DNA from: Methylophilaceae bacterium
Lineage (GTDB): Bacteria; Pseudomonadota; Gammaproteobacteria; Burkholderiales; Methylophilaceae
Direction: 5' to 3'
Length of the DNA stretch: 64,000 nucleotides
Assembly (NCBI GenBank): GCA_046155285.1
Contig: JBJXEA010000011.1
Location: 13,695-77,694, forward strand
Notes under the pieces: generated by a model
What the model saw: only the letters and a program-made list of their open reading frames with translations
Database searches by the model: none
What the model was told of the DNA's origin: nothing
Position numbers and translations under genes: made by a program
Part shown: piece after piece, positions 9,798 to 19,524 of the stretch
Numbering within the stretch: the first letter of the stretch is position 1
Layout of the letters: every line of letters starts with the position of its first letter

Positions 9798-10397
9798 GTG
9801 AACAATCCCCAACGTTATACCAAGGTCGCCATTATTCTGCACTGGTTGATTGCATTGATGATCTTTGGCATGTTTGCTGTTGGTTGGTTTATGGCAGATT
9901 TACCCAAAGACGCGCCTAAAGTGGCGAGTTTTGATTTGTTTGATTTGGGTTTGTACATGGTGCAGTTGCCGGAAGCAATTTCGCCGAGAAGCTACTACTT
10001 TAATCTGCACAAATCCTTTGGAGTCATGGTGTTGGCGCTGGTGCTGTTCCGCATCTACTGGAAGCTCACGCACAAAGCGCCAGCACTTCCTGCAAGCATC
10101 ATTGGATGGCAAAGAAAAGCAGCTTCCGCATCGCACCATTTGCTGTATATGCTGATGTTTTTGATGCCTGCTAGCGGCTTAATTATGGCTACCTATAGCA
10201 AATACGGGGTGAAGTGGTTCGGCATTCCCCTGATAAAGGGCTTGGACAATGAGCCTTTGCGTGAAGTATTCAAGAGCGCCCATGAAGCCATCGCTGTCAT
10301 CCTGATTAGCTTGATTGCGATTCACGTTTTGGCGGCGCTCAAGCACAAGTTTGTGGATAAGGACGAGGTGATGGGGCGTATGACTAGTTGCGATTAA
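9798..10397 (+). CDS. Cytochrome b561 family protein
   Basis: GTG start 8 nt after GAGGAG; four TM helices with conserved His (ILHW…, HKSFG, HEAIA, HVLAALKH). Confidence 0.8.
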   Translation: MNNPQRYTKVAIILHWLIALMIFGMFAVGWFMADLPKDAPKVASFDLFDLGLYMVQLPEAISPRSYYFNLHKSFGVMVLALVLFRIYWKLTHKAPALPASIIGWQRKAASASHHLLYMLMFLMPASGLIMATYSKYGVKWFGIPLIKGLDNEPLREVFKSAHEAIAVILISLIAIHVLAALKHKFVDKDEVMGRMTSCD

Positions 10398-10414
10398 AGG
10401 TGAATACAGAAATA

Positions 10415-10445
10415 ACAAAAAAGGCGCTCATAGCGCCTTTTTTGT
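10415..10445. terminator. Bidirectional terminator between convergent genes
   Basis: A6-GGCGCT-cat-AGCGCC-T6. Confidence 0.7.
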
Positions 10446-11242
10446 TAATTATTCACTTCAAGCTGATGAGTAAACGTCTTGCCTTCATTGTCTGTGGCAC
10501 TCACCTCCAGCGTTCCAGGGCCTTCTGGTAAATAAGAAAAGCGCATGTAGGGGTCTTCTGCCACGCCTACACCAAAGTCCACATGCATCACGGGTTTTTT
10601 GTTGTAGGTGAAGGCGACTTTGTGCATAAAAAAGGCAGGCTTGTAACCGCCAGAGACGAGATCACGTTGCAGGCCGGTGTACATGGGGTGCTTGATGAGA
10701 AAGGTGATGGGTGTAGGCTCGCCAAATTTCACTGGGGCATCTACATGTACTTTCATTTTACCCGATGCGGCACGAATCGCTGTTTCATCGCCATCTACGC
10801 TACCGCCGCAGCCACCAGCAGCGCGAATTGCCACGTCAGTAATATATAGTTTGCCGTCAGCGGTTTCTCCTACGGCGTGGATGTAAGAATCTACCTCCAT
10901 GCGTATGCGTGTGGCGAGTTCGACTTTACCGTTAAGGGGCGTGAAATAGTAAGTAGCAGTGAGCGGGATTGGGTTGGCATCCACAAAAAGATAAACTTTT
11001 TTGATAGCATCCGGCGCGTCTTGTGGTTTGTTGATGGTGAGGTTAATCGGCACTTGTGCGCCGCTTTCAGCGCGTTTTGGACCATCCAGCTTCATGAAGT
11101 CGGCAGGCTCTATATTTTTATTACCAAAAAAGCTTTGTTTGAGTACCGCCCATAGTTCAGGGTTAACTTCCGCGTGAGCGGCGTTTGCCATAGTGAGTAA
11201 GCTCAAGGCAAGTGCTGCCAAGGTCAATCGTGTCTTACACAT
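10445..11242 (-). CDS. SoxY-SoxZ fusion carrier (quinoprotein-dehydrogenase-associated SoxYZ-like protein)
   Basis: ATG at 11242 follows GGAGA. Signal peptide; internal GGCGG carrier motif (encoded at 10802-10816) followed by a SoxZ-like beta domain. Confidence 0.8.
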   Translation of the reverse strand: MCKTRLTLAALALSLLTMANAAHAEVNPELWAVLKQSFFGNKNIEPADFMKLDGPKRAESGAQVPINLTINKPQDAPDAIKKVYLFVDANPIPLTATYYFTPLNGKVELATRIRMEVDSYIHAVGETADGKLYITDVAIRAAGGCGGSVDGDETAIRAASGKMKVHVDAPVKFGEPTPITFLIKHPMYTGLQRDLVSGGYKPAFFMHKVAFTYNKKPVMHVDFGVGVAEDPYMRFSYLPEGPGTLEVSATDNEGKTFTHQLEVNN

Positions 11243-11348
11243 AATATTCTCCATGTTTTTTCTGCCAAGTTAGTGTGTTACAGGCTTCAATGGACATCTG
11301 TAACTTGGGTCACAAATGGGTGCAAAAAGTTCAATCGAGTTACAAACA

Positions 11349-13430
11349 TCAGCCGCCGACAGTATGCACAATGCGGATAGTACGCCCGTCGGGGATTTCA
11401 GTATGTGACAACACATTGAGGCCAGGGATGGAGCGGCGTAAGAACCGCGCTAATACGGTACGCAATTGGCTAGGCACTAGCAGCACCGAAGGCACGCCCA
11501 TTTGCTCCTGTTCTGCGGCGGATTGACTCACACCTTGCAGTAATTGTTCGGCTAAGCCTGGCTCCAGTCCGGGGCCATCCGCGCCGGGGGTTTGCGTGGC
11601 GTTCATGAGGATGCTTTCCAGTCGTGGCTCTAACGCAATCACCTGAATCTCTTCATTACCGGCGAATAGTTGCTGCGTAATAGCGCGGCCTAAAGCGGTA
11701 CGCACAACCGAGGTGAGAATTTCGGTGTCTTGTGTACGTGCGGCGTGGTCAGCCAATACTTCCAAAATGGTACGCATGTCGCGGATGTGTACACCCTCCG
11801 CCAGCAGGTTTTGCAACACACGTTGCAAGGTGCTGAGTTGCAACACCTTGGGGATGATGTCTTCCACCAGTTTGGGCGATTCTTTGGCTACGCGGTCTAT
11901 CAGCGATTGCGTTTCTTCGCGGCCTAGCAACTCGGAGGAGTGGGTTTGGATGATATTGGAGAGGTGCGTGGCAATCACGGTAGATGCGTCCACCACGGTG
12001 TAGCCAAAAGCCTGCGCTTGGTCGCGGGCTTCGCTTTCTATCCATACCGCGGGCAAACCAAAAGTAGGGTCTTGAGTTTTGATGCCGGTGAGTTCGCCGG
12101 TGACGCGCCCCGGGTTGATGGCCAAGTATTGATTGACGAAACCTTCGCCTTGACCAATTTCTACGCCCTTTAGCACGATGCGATACACGTTGGGTTTGAG
12201 TTCCAGGTTGTCGCGGATGTGCACCGGGGGCACCAAGAAGCCCATGTCCAGCGCGAATTTTTTGCGGATACCACGGATGCGGCGCAGCAGTTCGCCGTCT
12301 TGCCCGCGATCTACCAGCGGGATGAGGCGGTAGCCCACTTCTAGGCCAATGACATCCACCGCTTGCACGTCTTCCCAGCCCACTTCCGGCATTTCGTCGA
12401 GCAGCACTGGCGCAGTGGCAGGCCTTACGCCGTCAGCTGCCGCCTGTAGTGCCTCGCGGGCGCGTTTGTCCATCAAATAACCGGTGAAAGCGGAAAGACC
12501 ACCCAGTAGCAAGAAAGCAAAATGCGGCATGCCGGGGATGATGCCCATGGTTAACAGCAATCCGCCCGTGATGTACAGCACTTTGGAGTTGGCAAACATT
12601 TGCTCCAGTAGCTGTGCGCCTACGTCTTGACCGTCATCGCCGCCGACGCGGGTGACTACGATACCGGCAGCAGTAGAGATGATGAGTGCGGGGATTTGTG
12701 CCACCAAGCCATCGCCAATAGTCAGCAAGGTGTAGTTGTTGATTGCCGTGGCGAAATCCAGACCGTGCTGCGCCATGCCGATAATTAAGCCGCCGATGAT
12801 GTTGATGAATACGATGAGAATGCCGGCGATGGCATCGCCGCGTACAAACTTACTTGCACCGTCCATCGCACCATAAAATTCAGCTTCTTGTGAGATGGTG
12901 GCGCGGCGTTTTCTGGCGTCGTCTTCGCCGATGAGCCCGGCGTTCAAGTCGGCGTCAATCGCCATCTGTTTGCCAGGCATGGCATCCAAGGTGAAACGCG
13001 CACTCACTTCGGCGATACGCCCTGCACCTTTAGTAATCACCACGAAGTTAATAATCACCAAGATGATAAATACGATGATACCCACCGCATAATTACCGCC
13101 GACCAAGAAGTGACCGAAGGCCTCGATGACCTTGCCCGCTGCGTCAGGGCCGGTGTGGCCTTCGAGCAGTACGATACGCGATGAAGCCACATTGAGCGAT
13201 AGGCGCATCAAGGTGGTGAGGAGCAACACGGTGGGGAATACGGCGAAATCGAGCGGTTTGACGGTGTAAATGCTGACCATGATGACGATCATGGCCAAAG
13301 CGATGTTGAAGCTGAACAACAAGTCGAGCAGGATAGGTGGCATCGGTACTACCATCATGCCCAAGATCATGATGATGAGTAGTGGTAATGCAAATTCTCG
13401 CAAAGGTATTTTGCCGGCGGTCAATGCCAT
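11349..13430 (-). CDS. flhA: Flagellar export apparatus protein FlhA
   Basis: 693 aa; conserved FHIPEP region (…VFPTVLLLTTLMRLSLNVASSR…) and a cytoplasmic C-domain. Confidence 0.95.
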   Translation of the reverse strand: MALTAGKIPLREFALPLLIIMILGMMVVPMPPILLDLLFSFNIALAMIVIMVSIYTVKPLDFAVFPTVLLLTTLMRLSLNVASSRIVLLEGHTGPDAAGKVIEAFGHFLVGGNYAVGIIVFIILVIINFVVITKGAGRIAEVSARFTLDAMPGKQMAIDADLNAGLIGEDDARKRRATISQEAEFYGAMDGASKFVRGDAIAGILIVFINIIGGLIIGMAQHGLDFATAINNYTLLTIGDGLVAQIPALIISTAAGIVVTRVGGDDGQDVGAQLLEQMFANSKVLYITGGLLLTMGIIPGMPHFAFLLLGGLSAFTGYLMDKRAREALQAAADGVRPATAPVLLDEMPEVGWEDVQAVDVIGLEVGYRLIPLVDRGQDGELLRRIRGIRKKFALDMGFLVPPVHIRDNLELKPNVYRIVLKGVEIGQGEGFVNQYLAINPGRVTGELTGIKTQDPTFGLPAVWIESEARDQAQAFGYTVVDASTVIATHLSNIIQTHSSELLGREETQSLIDRVAKESPKLVEDIIPKVLQLSTLQRVLQNLLAEGVHIRDMRTILEVLADHAARTQDTEILTSVVRTALGRAITQQLFAGNEEIQVIALEPRLESILMNATQTPGADGPGLEPGLAEQLLQGVSQSAAEQEQMGVPSVLLVPSQLRTVLARFLRRSIPGLNVLSHTEIPDGRTIRIVHTVGG

Positions 13431-13470
13431 GAGCTATCTCTCTTTAAGTCCTTGAAAAAATTATTATGCA

Positions 13471-14613
13471 TTATTCTTCCGGTTCAAAATCCAGTTCTTT
13501 CGGCACCGGTAGTTCTTTGGGTTGCACGGGTTGTTCACCCTCGCCGCTATTATAGCTGCGAAGTTGGTAAATATACGCCAGAACTTCAGCCACTGCGGAG
13601 AACAAGGCAGAAGGAATTTCCTGATCTAGTTCCGCGTGTTTATACAATGCTCGCGCTAAGGGCGGGGCTTCCAGTATGGGGACTTTATTCTCCTCGCCGA
13701 TTTCACGGATGCGCTGCGCCAGCAAATAGCTACCTTTGGCCACCACTTTAGGGGCACTCATGAGTTCGGCGCTATATTTTAAAGCCACGGCGTAGTGCGT
13801 AGGGTTGGTAACGATGACATCGGCTTTTGGCACTTCGGCCATCATGCGCTTGCGTGCGGCTTCACGTTGCAATTGGCGAATGCGGCCTTTGATGTGCGGG
13901 TCGCCTTCACTTTCGCGCATTTCCTTACGCACTTCCTCCTTGGTCATGCGTAGTTTTTTATGGTATTCCCATAGCTGAAATGGCACGTCCATCGCCACGA
14001 TGATAAGCAGTGTCGCGGAGAGCCAGATAAAGCTCCAGGCCATGAGATCCAGCAGATGCGGAATGCTGCCGGTAATCGGCTCGGCGGCTAGACGCATGAT
14101 TTCATCTTTGCGCCCCCACACAATCCAGAAGCCTAAACCGCCAACCAGCAACGCTTTGGAAACTGCTTTGATGGCCTCGACTACGCCGGACCAAGCAAAA
14201 ATACGTGCTAAGCCTTTGATGGGGTTAGTACGCCCAAAATCAGGCTCTAAAGCCTGCGTGCTAAATGTCAGACCACCAATAGAGAGCGGTGCTGCAAATG
14301 CGGCGATGATGAGTACCAGCATCAGTGGCGCAAATAGCACCAGCATGGCTAAGGTGGATTCCCACAATCCACGCCACATCACCGTAGGGTCGCGTAGCGT
14401 GACGTAATTGAAGGTGAACCAATGCACCATCAAGGCCCTGAGGCCGTTGGCAAATCTGGATCCCAGTATCAACATTGTCACGCCGCCCGCCATCATGATG
14501 GCGAAGGTATTCAGCTCGCGCGAACGCGGCACATTGCCTTTCGCCCGCGCCTCTTCTAATCGTCGGGGCGAGGCGTCTTCTGTTCGTTCAAGGTCGCTAT
14601 CTTCTTCAGCCAT
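13471..14613 (-). CDS. flhB: Flagellar export switch protein FlhB
   Basis: N-terminus EKTE-like (ERTEDASPRRLEEARAKGNVPRSRE); NPTH autocleavage motif (VIVTNPTHYAVAL). Confidence 0.95.
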   Translation of the reverse strand: MAEEDSDLERTEDASPRRLEEARAKGNVPRSRELNTFAIMMAGGVTMLILGSRFANGLRALMVHWFTFNYVTLRDPTVMWRGLWESTLAMLVLFAPLMLVLIIAAFAAPLSIGGLTFSTQALEPDFGRTNPIKGLARIFAWSGVVEAIKAVSKALLVGGLGFWIVWGRKDEIMRLAAEPITGSIPHLLDLMAWSFIWLSATLLIIVAMDVPFQLWEYHKKLRMTKEEVRKEMRESEGDPHIKGRIRQLQREAARKRMMAEVPKADVIVTNPTHYAVALKYSAELMSAPKVVAKGSYLLAQRIREIGEENKVPILEAPPLARALYKHAELDQEIPSALFSAVAEVLAYIYQLRSYNSGEGEQPVQPKELPVPKELDFEPEE

Positions 14614-14639
14614 AATTACTTTGTACTATAAACACTTAG

Positions 14640-15899
14640 CTAAATCAAACCTTCTAGCAACTGCACTTGCACCAAAGCCCCCGCCGCGATGTTGCCGCAT
14701 GCCTCGTCCAGTACCACAAAACAGTTGGCTTCTGACATTGAGCTTAACACCCCAGAACCTTGATTTCCGGTGAGTTTGACGTGCCAAGCATCACCTACCT
14801 GATGCAGCACGCCGCGCTGGTATTCAGTCCTGCCGGGGGCTTTGCGGATTTCGTCGTCGCAAATGGCGGAAAAAAGTGGGACGGGTCTGGGTTGCGGTTG
14901 CCCCATCAAGTGCAGCAGCGCATCGCGCACAAATTGGTAAAACGTCACCATCACCGACACTGGATTGCCGGGCAGGCCAAAGTAATGTGCGTTACCGATT
15001 TTTCCATAAGCCAAAGGTCGCCCCGGCTTCATGGCGATTTTCCAAAATACCACTTGGCCGCGATTGTTGAGCAGTTCTTTCATGTAGTCCGCCTCACCCA
15101 CCGACACCCCGCCGCTGGTGATGACCACGTCGGCAGATTCTGACGCGGCTACTAGAGCTTGTTCCAGGAGCACGGGATCGTCGCGCACCACGCCCATGTC
15201 TATGATTTCCACCCCCAGCCGCGCCAACATGCCGTAAATGGTGTAGCGATTGCTGTCATACACTTGGCCGGTTTCAAGCGCTTGGCCGATGCTGGAAAGC
15301 TCGTCGCCGGTGGAAAAAAACGCCACGCGGAGCTTGCGATAGACCTTCACTTCACCTATGCCCAAAGAGGCAATCAGTCCCAAATCGGCAGGGCGCATCA
15401 AATGGCCTGCGGGTAACACAATTTGCCCCAGCTTCAAATCCTCACCCGCAAAGCGCCGATGCTGGCCGCGTCTAGCGCCCGCTGCAAACGTCATGGTTTC
15501 GCCATCCACCTGCGCCTGCTCTTGCGGAATCACGCTGTCGGTTGCATCCGGCATCACCCCGCCGGTCATAATTCGAACGCATTCACCGTGCTTCACTTTG
15601 CCAGTGAAAGCTTTGCCAGCGAATGCCGTGCCGACTATTTTTAGAGTGGAAGCCTCAGCACTAATGTCATCGCCGTTAAACGCATAGCCATCCATCGCCG
15701 AATTATCATGATTCGGCACGTTGCACGGCGACAAAATATCCGCCGCTAAAATGCGCCCTAAAGCCGAACGCAAAGCCAAACTCTCTTGCGCCTGAATCGG
15801 GCTTAGATATTGGCGGATAAAATGCCGCGCCTTGTCCACGTTCATCGAATTGGGGTCGTAGTCATCCGCGCAACTGGCGGCGATAAAGTCTAGGGTCAT
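14640..15899 (-). CDS. moeA: Molybdopterin molybdenumtransferase MoeA
   Basis: MoeA N, MoCF-binding and C domains (…SGGVSVGEADY…). ATG at 15899 forms an ATGA overlap with the mobB stop, so it is preferred over 15920. Confidence 0.9.
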   Translation of the reverse strand: MTLDFIAASCADDYDPNSMNVDKARHFIRQYLSPIQAQESLALRSALGRILAADILSPCNVPNHDNSAMDGYAFNGDDISAEASTLKIVGTAFAGKAFTGKVKHGECVRIMTGGVMPDATDSVIPQEQAQVDGETMTFAAGARRGQHRRFAGEDLKLGQIVLPAGHLMRPADLGLIASLGIGEVKVYRKLRVAFFSTGDELSSIGQALETGQVYDSNRYTIYGMLARLGVEIIDMGVVRDDPVLLEQALVAASESADVVITSGGVSVGEADYMKELLNNRGQVVFWKIAMKPGRPLAYGKIGNAHYFGLPGNPVSVMVTFYQFVRDALLHLMGQPQPRPVPLFSAICDDEIRKAPGRTEYQRGVLHQVGDAWHVKLTGNQGSGVLSSMSEANCFVVLDEACGNIAAGALVQVQLLEGLI

Positions 15900-16420
15900 G
15901 ATGATTCCTTGTTGAGCCATTGCAATACAAATTGCGCGATAGCTTGAGGATTGTTCAAATCCAGCACGGGCAAGTGGCTACTCACCGCACCGTCGCTGGC
16001 AATAGCGATAATATGCACGTCGGTTTGCGCCAGCAATGGCTTATTCAGCGATGGCCGATATACCTCAATCTTGGGAATGGCCGCGTTCTTAAAGCCTTCC
16101 ACCACAATCAAATCTACCAAACTGCCGTCCACATGCGACAAAAGCTCGTCCAATGTGGGTTCTTCTGGGCTGCTGGGTAATTCCGTCATCAGTGCCCAGC
16201 GTTTTTTCGAGCCGAGTAACATTTGCACCGCGCCCGCTTTGCGTAAGCGATAACTATCCTTGCCCGGCTGGTCTATATCAAAAGTGTGATGCGCGTGCTT
16301 GATGACCGAGACGCGCAAGCCCGCCACCACCAATTCAGGGATGAGATTGGTGAGCAGCGTGGTTTTACCTATGCCGCTGCCATAGGCACAAAAGCCAAGC
16401 AAGGGAGTTGCTGATTTCAT
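15896..16420 (-). CDS. mobB: Molybdopterin-guanine dinucleotide biosynthesis adapter MobB
   Basis: P-loop GSGIGKTTL; 174 aa; lies between mobA and moeA. Confidence 0.85.
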   Translation of the reverse strand: MKSATPLLGFCAYGSGIGKTTLLTNLIPELVVAGLRVSVIKHAHHTFDIDQPGKDSYRLRKAGAVQMLLGSKKRWALMTELPSSPEEPTLDELLSHVDGSLVDLIVVEGFKNAAIPKIEVYRPSLNKPLLAQTDVHIIAIASDGAVSSHLPVLDLNNPQAIAQFVLQWLNKESS

Positions 16421-17016
16421 TTGGCCGATTTAAGCTCTTGCATGGTGTTGATGTTGATAAAAGCGTCTGCTTCATCACTAAAATCCACTTCGACAGTTTT
16501 TAATGTGGCGTACCACGCATCAATTTTGCGTCCGCCATTATCAAGAAAAGCGGTGAGGTGTGGCAATACATCACGGCGACACAGACAAAACACTGGATGT
16601 GGTTGCTGGTGAGTGACTGCCACGGCAAGCTGGGATTGGTTCTCAGTCAAGGCTGCCTTAAGTCTGGCGATTAAATCCAAGGGCAAAAAAGGCGAATCGC
16701 ACGGTACGGTGGCGACCAATTCATGCTGCGCCGCACTCAAACCTGCTTGCAAACCAGCCAGAGGTCCAGCGTAACCGGTGAGACTGTCGGAAATAACCGA
16801 GTAACCAAACGCGGCGTACTGCTCCAAGTTTTGATTGGCATTGACCAACACTTCGCCCACCTGCGGCGCAAAGCGCTCAAGTACATGCGCCACCATGGGT
16901 TTGCCGTGCAGCACCACCAAACCCTTATCAGTCAATCCCATACGGCGGCCTTGACCACCTGCCAAGACAACCCCTGTAATGGGGTTAACAACTGTCTTGA
17001 AATTAAATAGTTTCAA
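16417..17016 (-). CDS. mobA: Molybdenum cofactor guanylyltransferase MobA
   Basis: LAGGQGRRMG nucleotide-binding motif; 199 aa; overlaps mobB. Confidence 0.85.
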   Translation of the reverse strand: MKLFNFKTVVNPITGVVLAGGQGRRMGLTDKGLVVLHGKPMVAHVLERFAPQVGEVLVNANQNLEQYAAFGYSVISDSLTGYAGPLAGLQAGLSAAQHELVATVPCDSPFLPLDLIARLKAALTENQSQLAVAVTHQQPHPVFCLCRRDVLPHLTAFLDNGGRKIDAWYATLKTVEVDFSDEADAFININTMQELKSAK

Positions 17017-17140
17017 CTGACCTCCAAGGGGTATTTAGATTTCATCATCGCATTAAATATCAACAGCAATTTACGCATACAAGCCACCAGTTTCACCTTC
17101 TTGGCTTTGTCCGCACAAGATAAATAGTATGTTGTTGGAT

Positions 17141-17620
17141 TTAAGGGGTCGTTACCCAATGTCCCGATTTTCCGCCCGATTTCTCCAGTAGCTTGATGTC
17201 GTGCATGGTCATGCCTCTATCCACCGCTTTGCACATATCATAAATCGTCAGCAATGCCATGCTGGTGGCGGTCAGCGCTTCCATTTCTACACCGGTGCGG
17301 CCTACGGTTTCGGCGGTGACGGTGCAGGTGATTTCCGAGGCTTCTTGATTGATGCTGAATTCCACGCCAACTCTGGTCAGGCTGATAGGGTGACATAAAG
17401 GAATCAGTTCTGAAGTGCGCTTGGAGCCTTGTATTGCGGCGATTCTGGCGATACCTAGCACGTCGCCTTTTTTGGTGTCGCCAGCGGTAATCATGGTCAA
17501 GGTTTCTGGCATCATCTTGATGCGCCCACTGGCGATGGCGATACGCTGGGTTTCGGCCTTGGCTGCCACGTCTACCATGTGGGCTTGCCCGGCGTTATCA
17601 AAATGCGTGAGTTGAGACAT
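17141..17620 (-). CDS. moaC: Cyclic pyranopterin monophosphate synthase MoaC
   Basis: [18 protein letters not shown] closely resembles the enterobacterial MoaC N-terminus, so ATG 17620 is preferred. Confidence 0.9.
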   Translation of the reverse strand: MSQLTHFDNAGQAHMVDVAAKAETQRIAIASGRIKMMPETLTMITAGDTKKGDVLGIARIAAIQGSKRTSELIPLCHPISLTRVGVEFSINQEASEITCTVTAETVGRTGVEMEALTATSMALLTIYDMCKAVDRGMTMHDIKLLEKSGGKSGHWVTTP

Positions 17621-17662
17621 AGTGGGTATGAACTTAAACAATTAAGCCGTTATCATAACAGC

Positions 17663-19090
17663 ATGAAATTTTCCTATCTATTGGCGGGGCTTTTATTCCT
17701 CACGCCACTTGCGTTGGCCGAAGGCTTGCCTGACCTTGGAGACTACTCACAAACCATCCTCACGCCGCAAGATGAACGCCGCATCGGCGAGGAAATCATG
17801 CGCGAGATTCGCGGCAGCGGTGAGTTGGTGAATGACATCGAAGTGGCGGATTACGTCAACACTCTAGGTTACCACCTTGCCACGCACAGCTCCGACAACC
17901 AACAAACCTTCACCTTTTTTGTCATCAACGACCCCACCATCAACGCCTTCGCGCTGCCCGGCGGTTTTATCGGTATGCACACCGGCTTGATATTGAATTC
18001 GCGCAGCGAATCGGAAATGGCCAGCGTGTTGGCACACGAAATCGGCCACGTGGTGCAGCGCCACATGGCGCGTATGGTGGCGGATCAGAAGCGTGCCACA
18101 TTGCCTTCGCTGGGTTTAATGGCGCTGTCTATCCTCATGGCGCGTGCCAATCCGCAGTTGGGAAGTGCTGCGCTCATGTCCACTCAAGCAGGGATGGTGC
18201 AACGCACACTGGACTTCACCCGCGAACACGAACGCGAGGCCGACCGCGTGGGTTTACAGATACTTGAAGCCTCCGGTTTTGACACCCGCGCCATGCCTGC
18301 GTTTTTTGAAACCTTGATGAAAGGCACGCGCTTTATTGACGGCAGCGCACCGTCTTTTTTACGCACCCACCCGCTTTCTACTGAGCGCATCACCGATATG
18401 CGTAATCGCGTGGAGCAAACGCCCTACAAACAAGTGCTGGATAGCATAGAGTTCCATCTCGTCCGCGCCAAGCTACGCGCCGCTGAGGGCAATCCAGCGG
18501 ATACCGCGAAATACTTTGTCAACAGCCTGAGCGAGAAAAAATACAGCAACGAATCCGCCCAGCGCTATGGCTATGCGCTGGCCTTGATACGCGAGCGCAA
18601 CCCAGAGCAAGCGCAGCAAGAGTTGGACAAAGTTCGCGCCATCATCCCCTCTCACCCCATGCTGGAAACGCTGGCGGCACAGATACTACAAGCACAGGAT
18701 CGCCCGCTGGAGGCGCTCACCCAATATAGCAATGCGCTTAATGTGTATCCCAAACACCGTGCGCTCATCTATGGCTATGCCGAAATTTTACTATTGTTGA
18801 ATCGCAACGATGAAGCCTTAAAACTGCTGGAAGACAAGCAGCTAGCCTTCCCCAACGATGGCTATTTGTATGAACTGCAATCGCGTGCCTACGCCGCGCA
18901 AGGCAAAGATTTATTGCGCCACCAAGCGCAAGGCGAGGCGTATTATCGTGGTTTTAATCTGAACGGCGCGGCGGAGCAGATGGAACTGGCGCTCAAAAGC
19001 GGCGACGGAGATTTTTATCAACTTTCCATCGTAGAAGCTAGACTGAAACAGCTACAACAGCAAATTAACGACACAAAACCACTGCCATGA
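17663..19090 (+). CDS. Periplasmic M48 metalloprotease with TPR domain (BepA/YfgC-like)
   Basis: ATG 17663 gives a signal peptide. HEIGHVVQRH zinc motif; C-terminal TPR-like repeats. Confidence 0.8.
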   Translation: MKFSYLLAGLLFLTPLALAEGLPDLGDYSQTILTPQDERRIGEEIMREIRGSGELVNDIEVADYVNTLGYHLATHSSDNQQTFTFFVINDPTINAFALPGGFIGMHTGLILNSRSESEMASVLAHEIGHVVQRHMARMVADQKRATLPSLGLMALSILMARANPQLGSAALMSTQAGMVQRTLDFTREHEREADRVGLQILEASGFDTRAMPAFFETLMKGTRFIDGSAPSFLRTHPLSTERITDMRNRVEQTPYKQVLDSIEFHLVRAKLRAAEGNPADTAKYFVNSLSEKKYSNESAQRYGYALALIRERNPEQAQQELDKVRAIIPSHPMLETLAAQILQAQDRPLEALTQYSNALNVYPKHRALIYGYAEILLLLNRNDEALKLLEDKQLAFPNDGYLYELQSRAYAAQGKDLLRHQAQGEAYYRGFNLNGAAEQMELALKSGDGDFYQLSIVEARLKQLQQQINDTKPLP

Positions 19091-19524
19091 TGAATCGTAG
19101 AACCTTCCTGAAATCCGCCAGCGTATTGCTTGCTTTGCTGCCTCTACGCGCCTTGGCCGCAGTGTGGAATAAACCGGCCTTTGAAGCCACCAAACCAGAA
19201 GCGGCATTACAAGGACTAGGCTTCAATCAGCCACAACTCAGCAGCGAGATTGATTTAATCGCCCCTGATTTCGCTGAAAATGGCGCTATCGTGCAGATAG
19301 AAGTATATAGCCACATCCCCAACACCGAAGCCATCGCCATCTTGGCAGACAAAAACCCTACCTCGCTGATTGCTAACTTTATGTTCGGCAATGGCGCGCT
19401 TCCCAAGCTGATTACACGGGTAAAGCTCGCTGAAAATTGCGAGTTGAAAGTGATTGTGAAAGCTGGAGACAAGTATTTTGAGGCTTCCAAAAATGTTCAG
19501 GTTGCTGTCGGGGGCTGTGGCTAA
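19087..19524 (+). CDS. soxY: Sulfur carrier protein SoxY
   Basis: Tat-type signal (NRRTFLK); C-terminus …VAVGGCG with the carrier cysteine. ATGA overlap with the protease gene. Confidence 0.8.
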   Translation: MMNRRTFLKSASVLLALLPLRALAAVWNKPAFEATKPEAALQGLGFNQPQLSSEIDLIAPDFAENGAIVQIEVYSHIPNTEAIAILADKNPTSLIANFMFGNGALPKLITRVKLAENCELKVIVKAGDKYFEASKNVQVAVGGCG

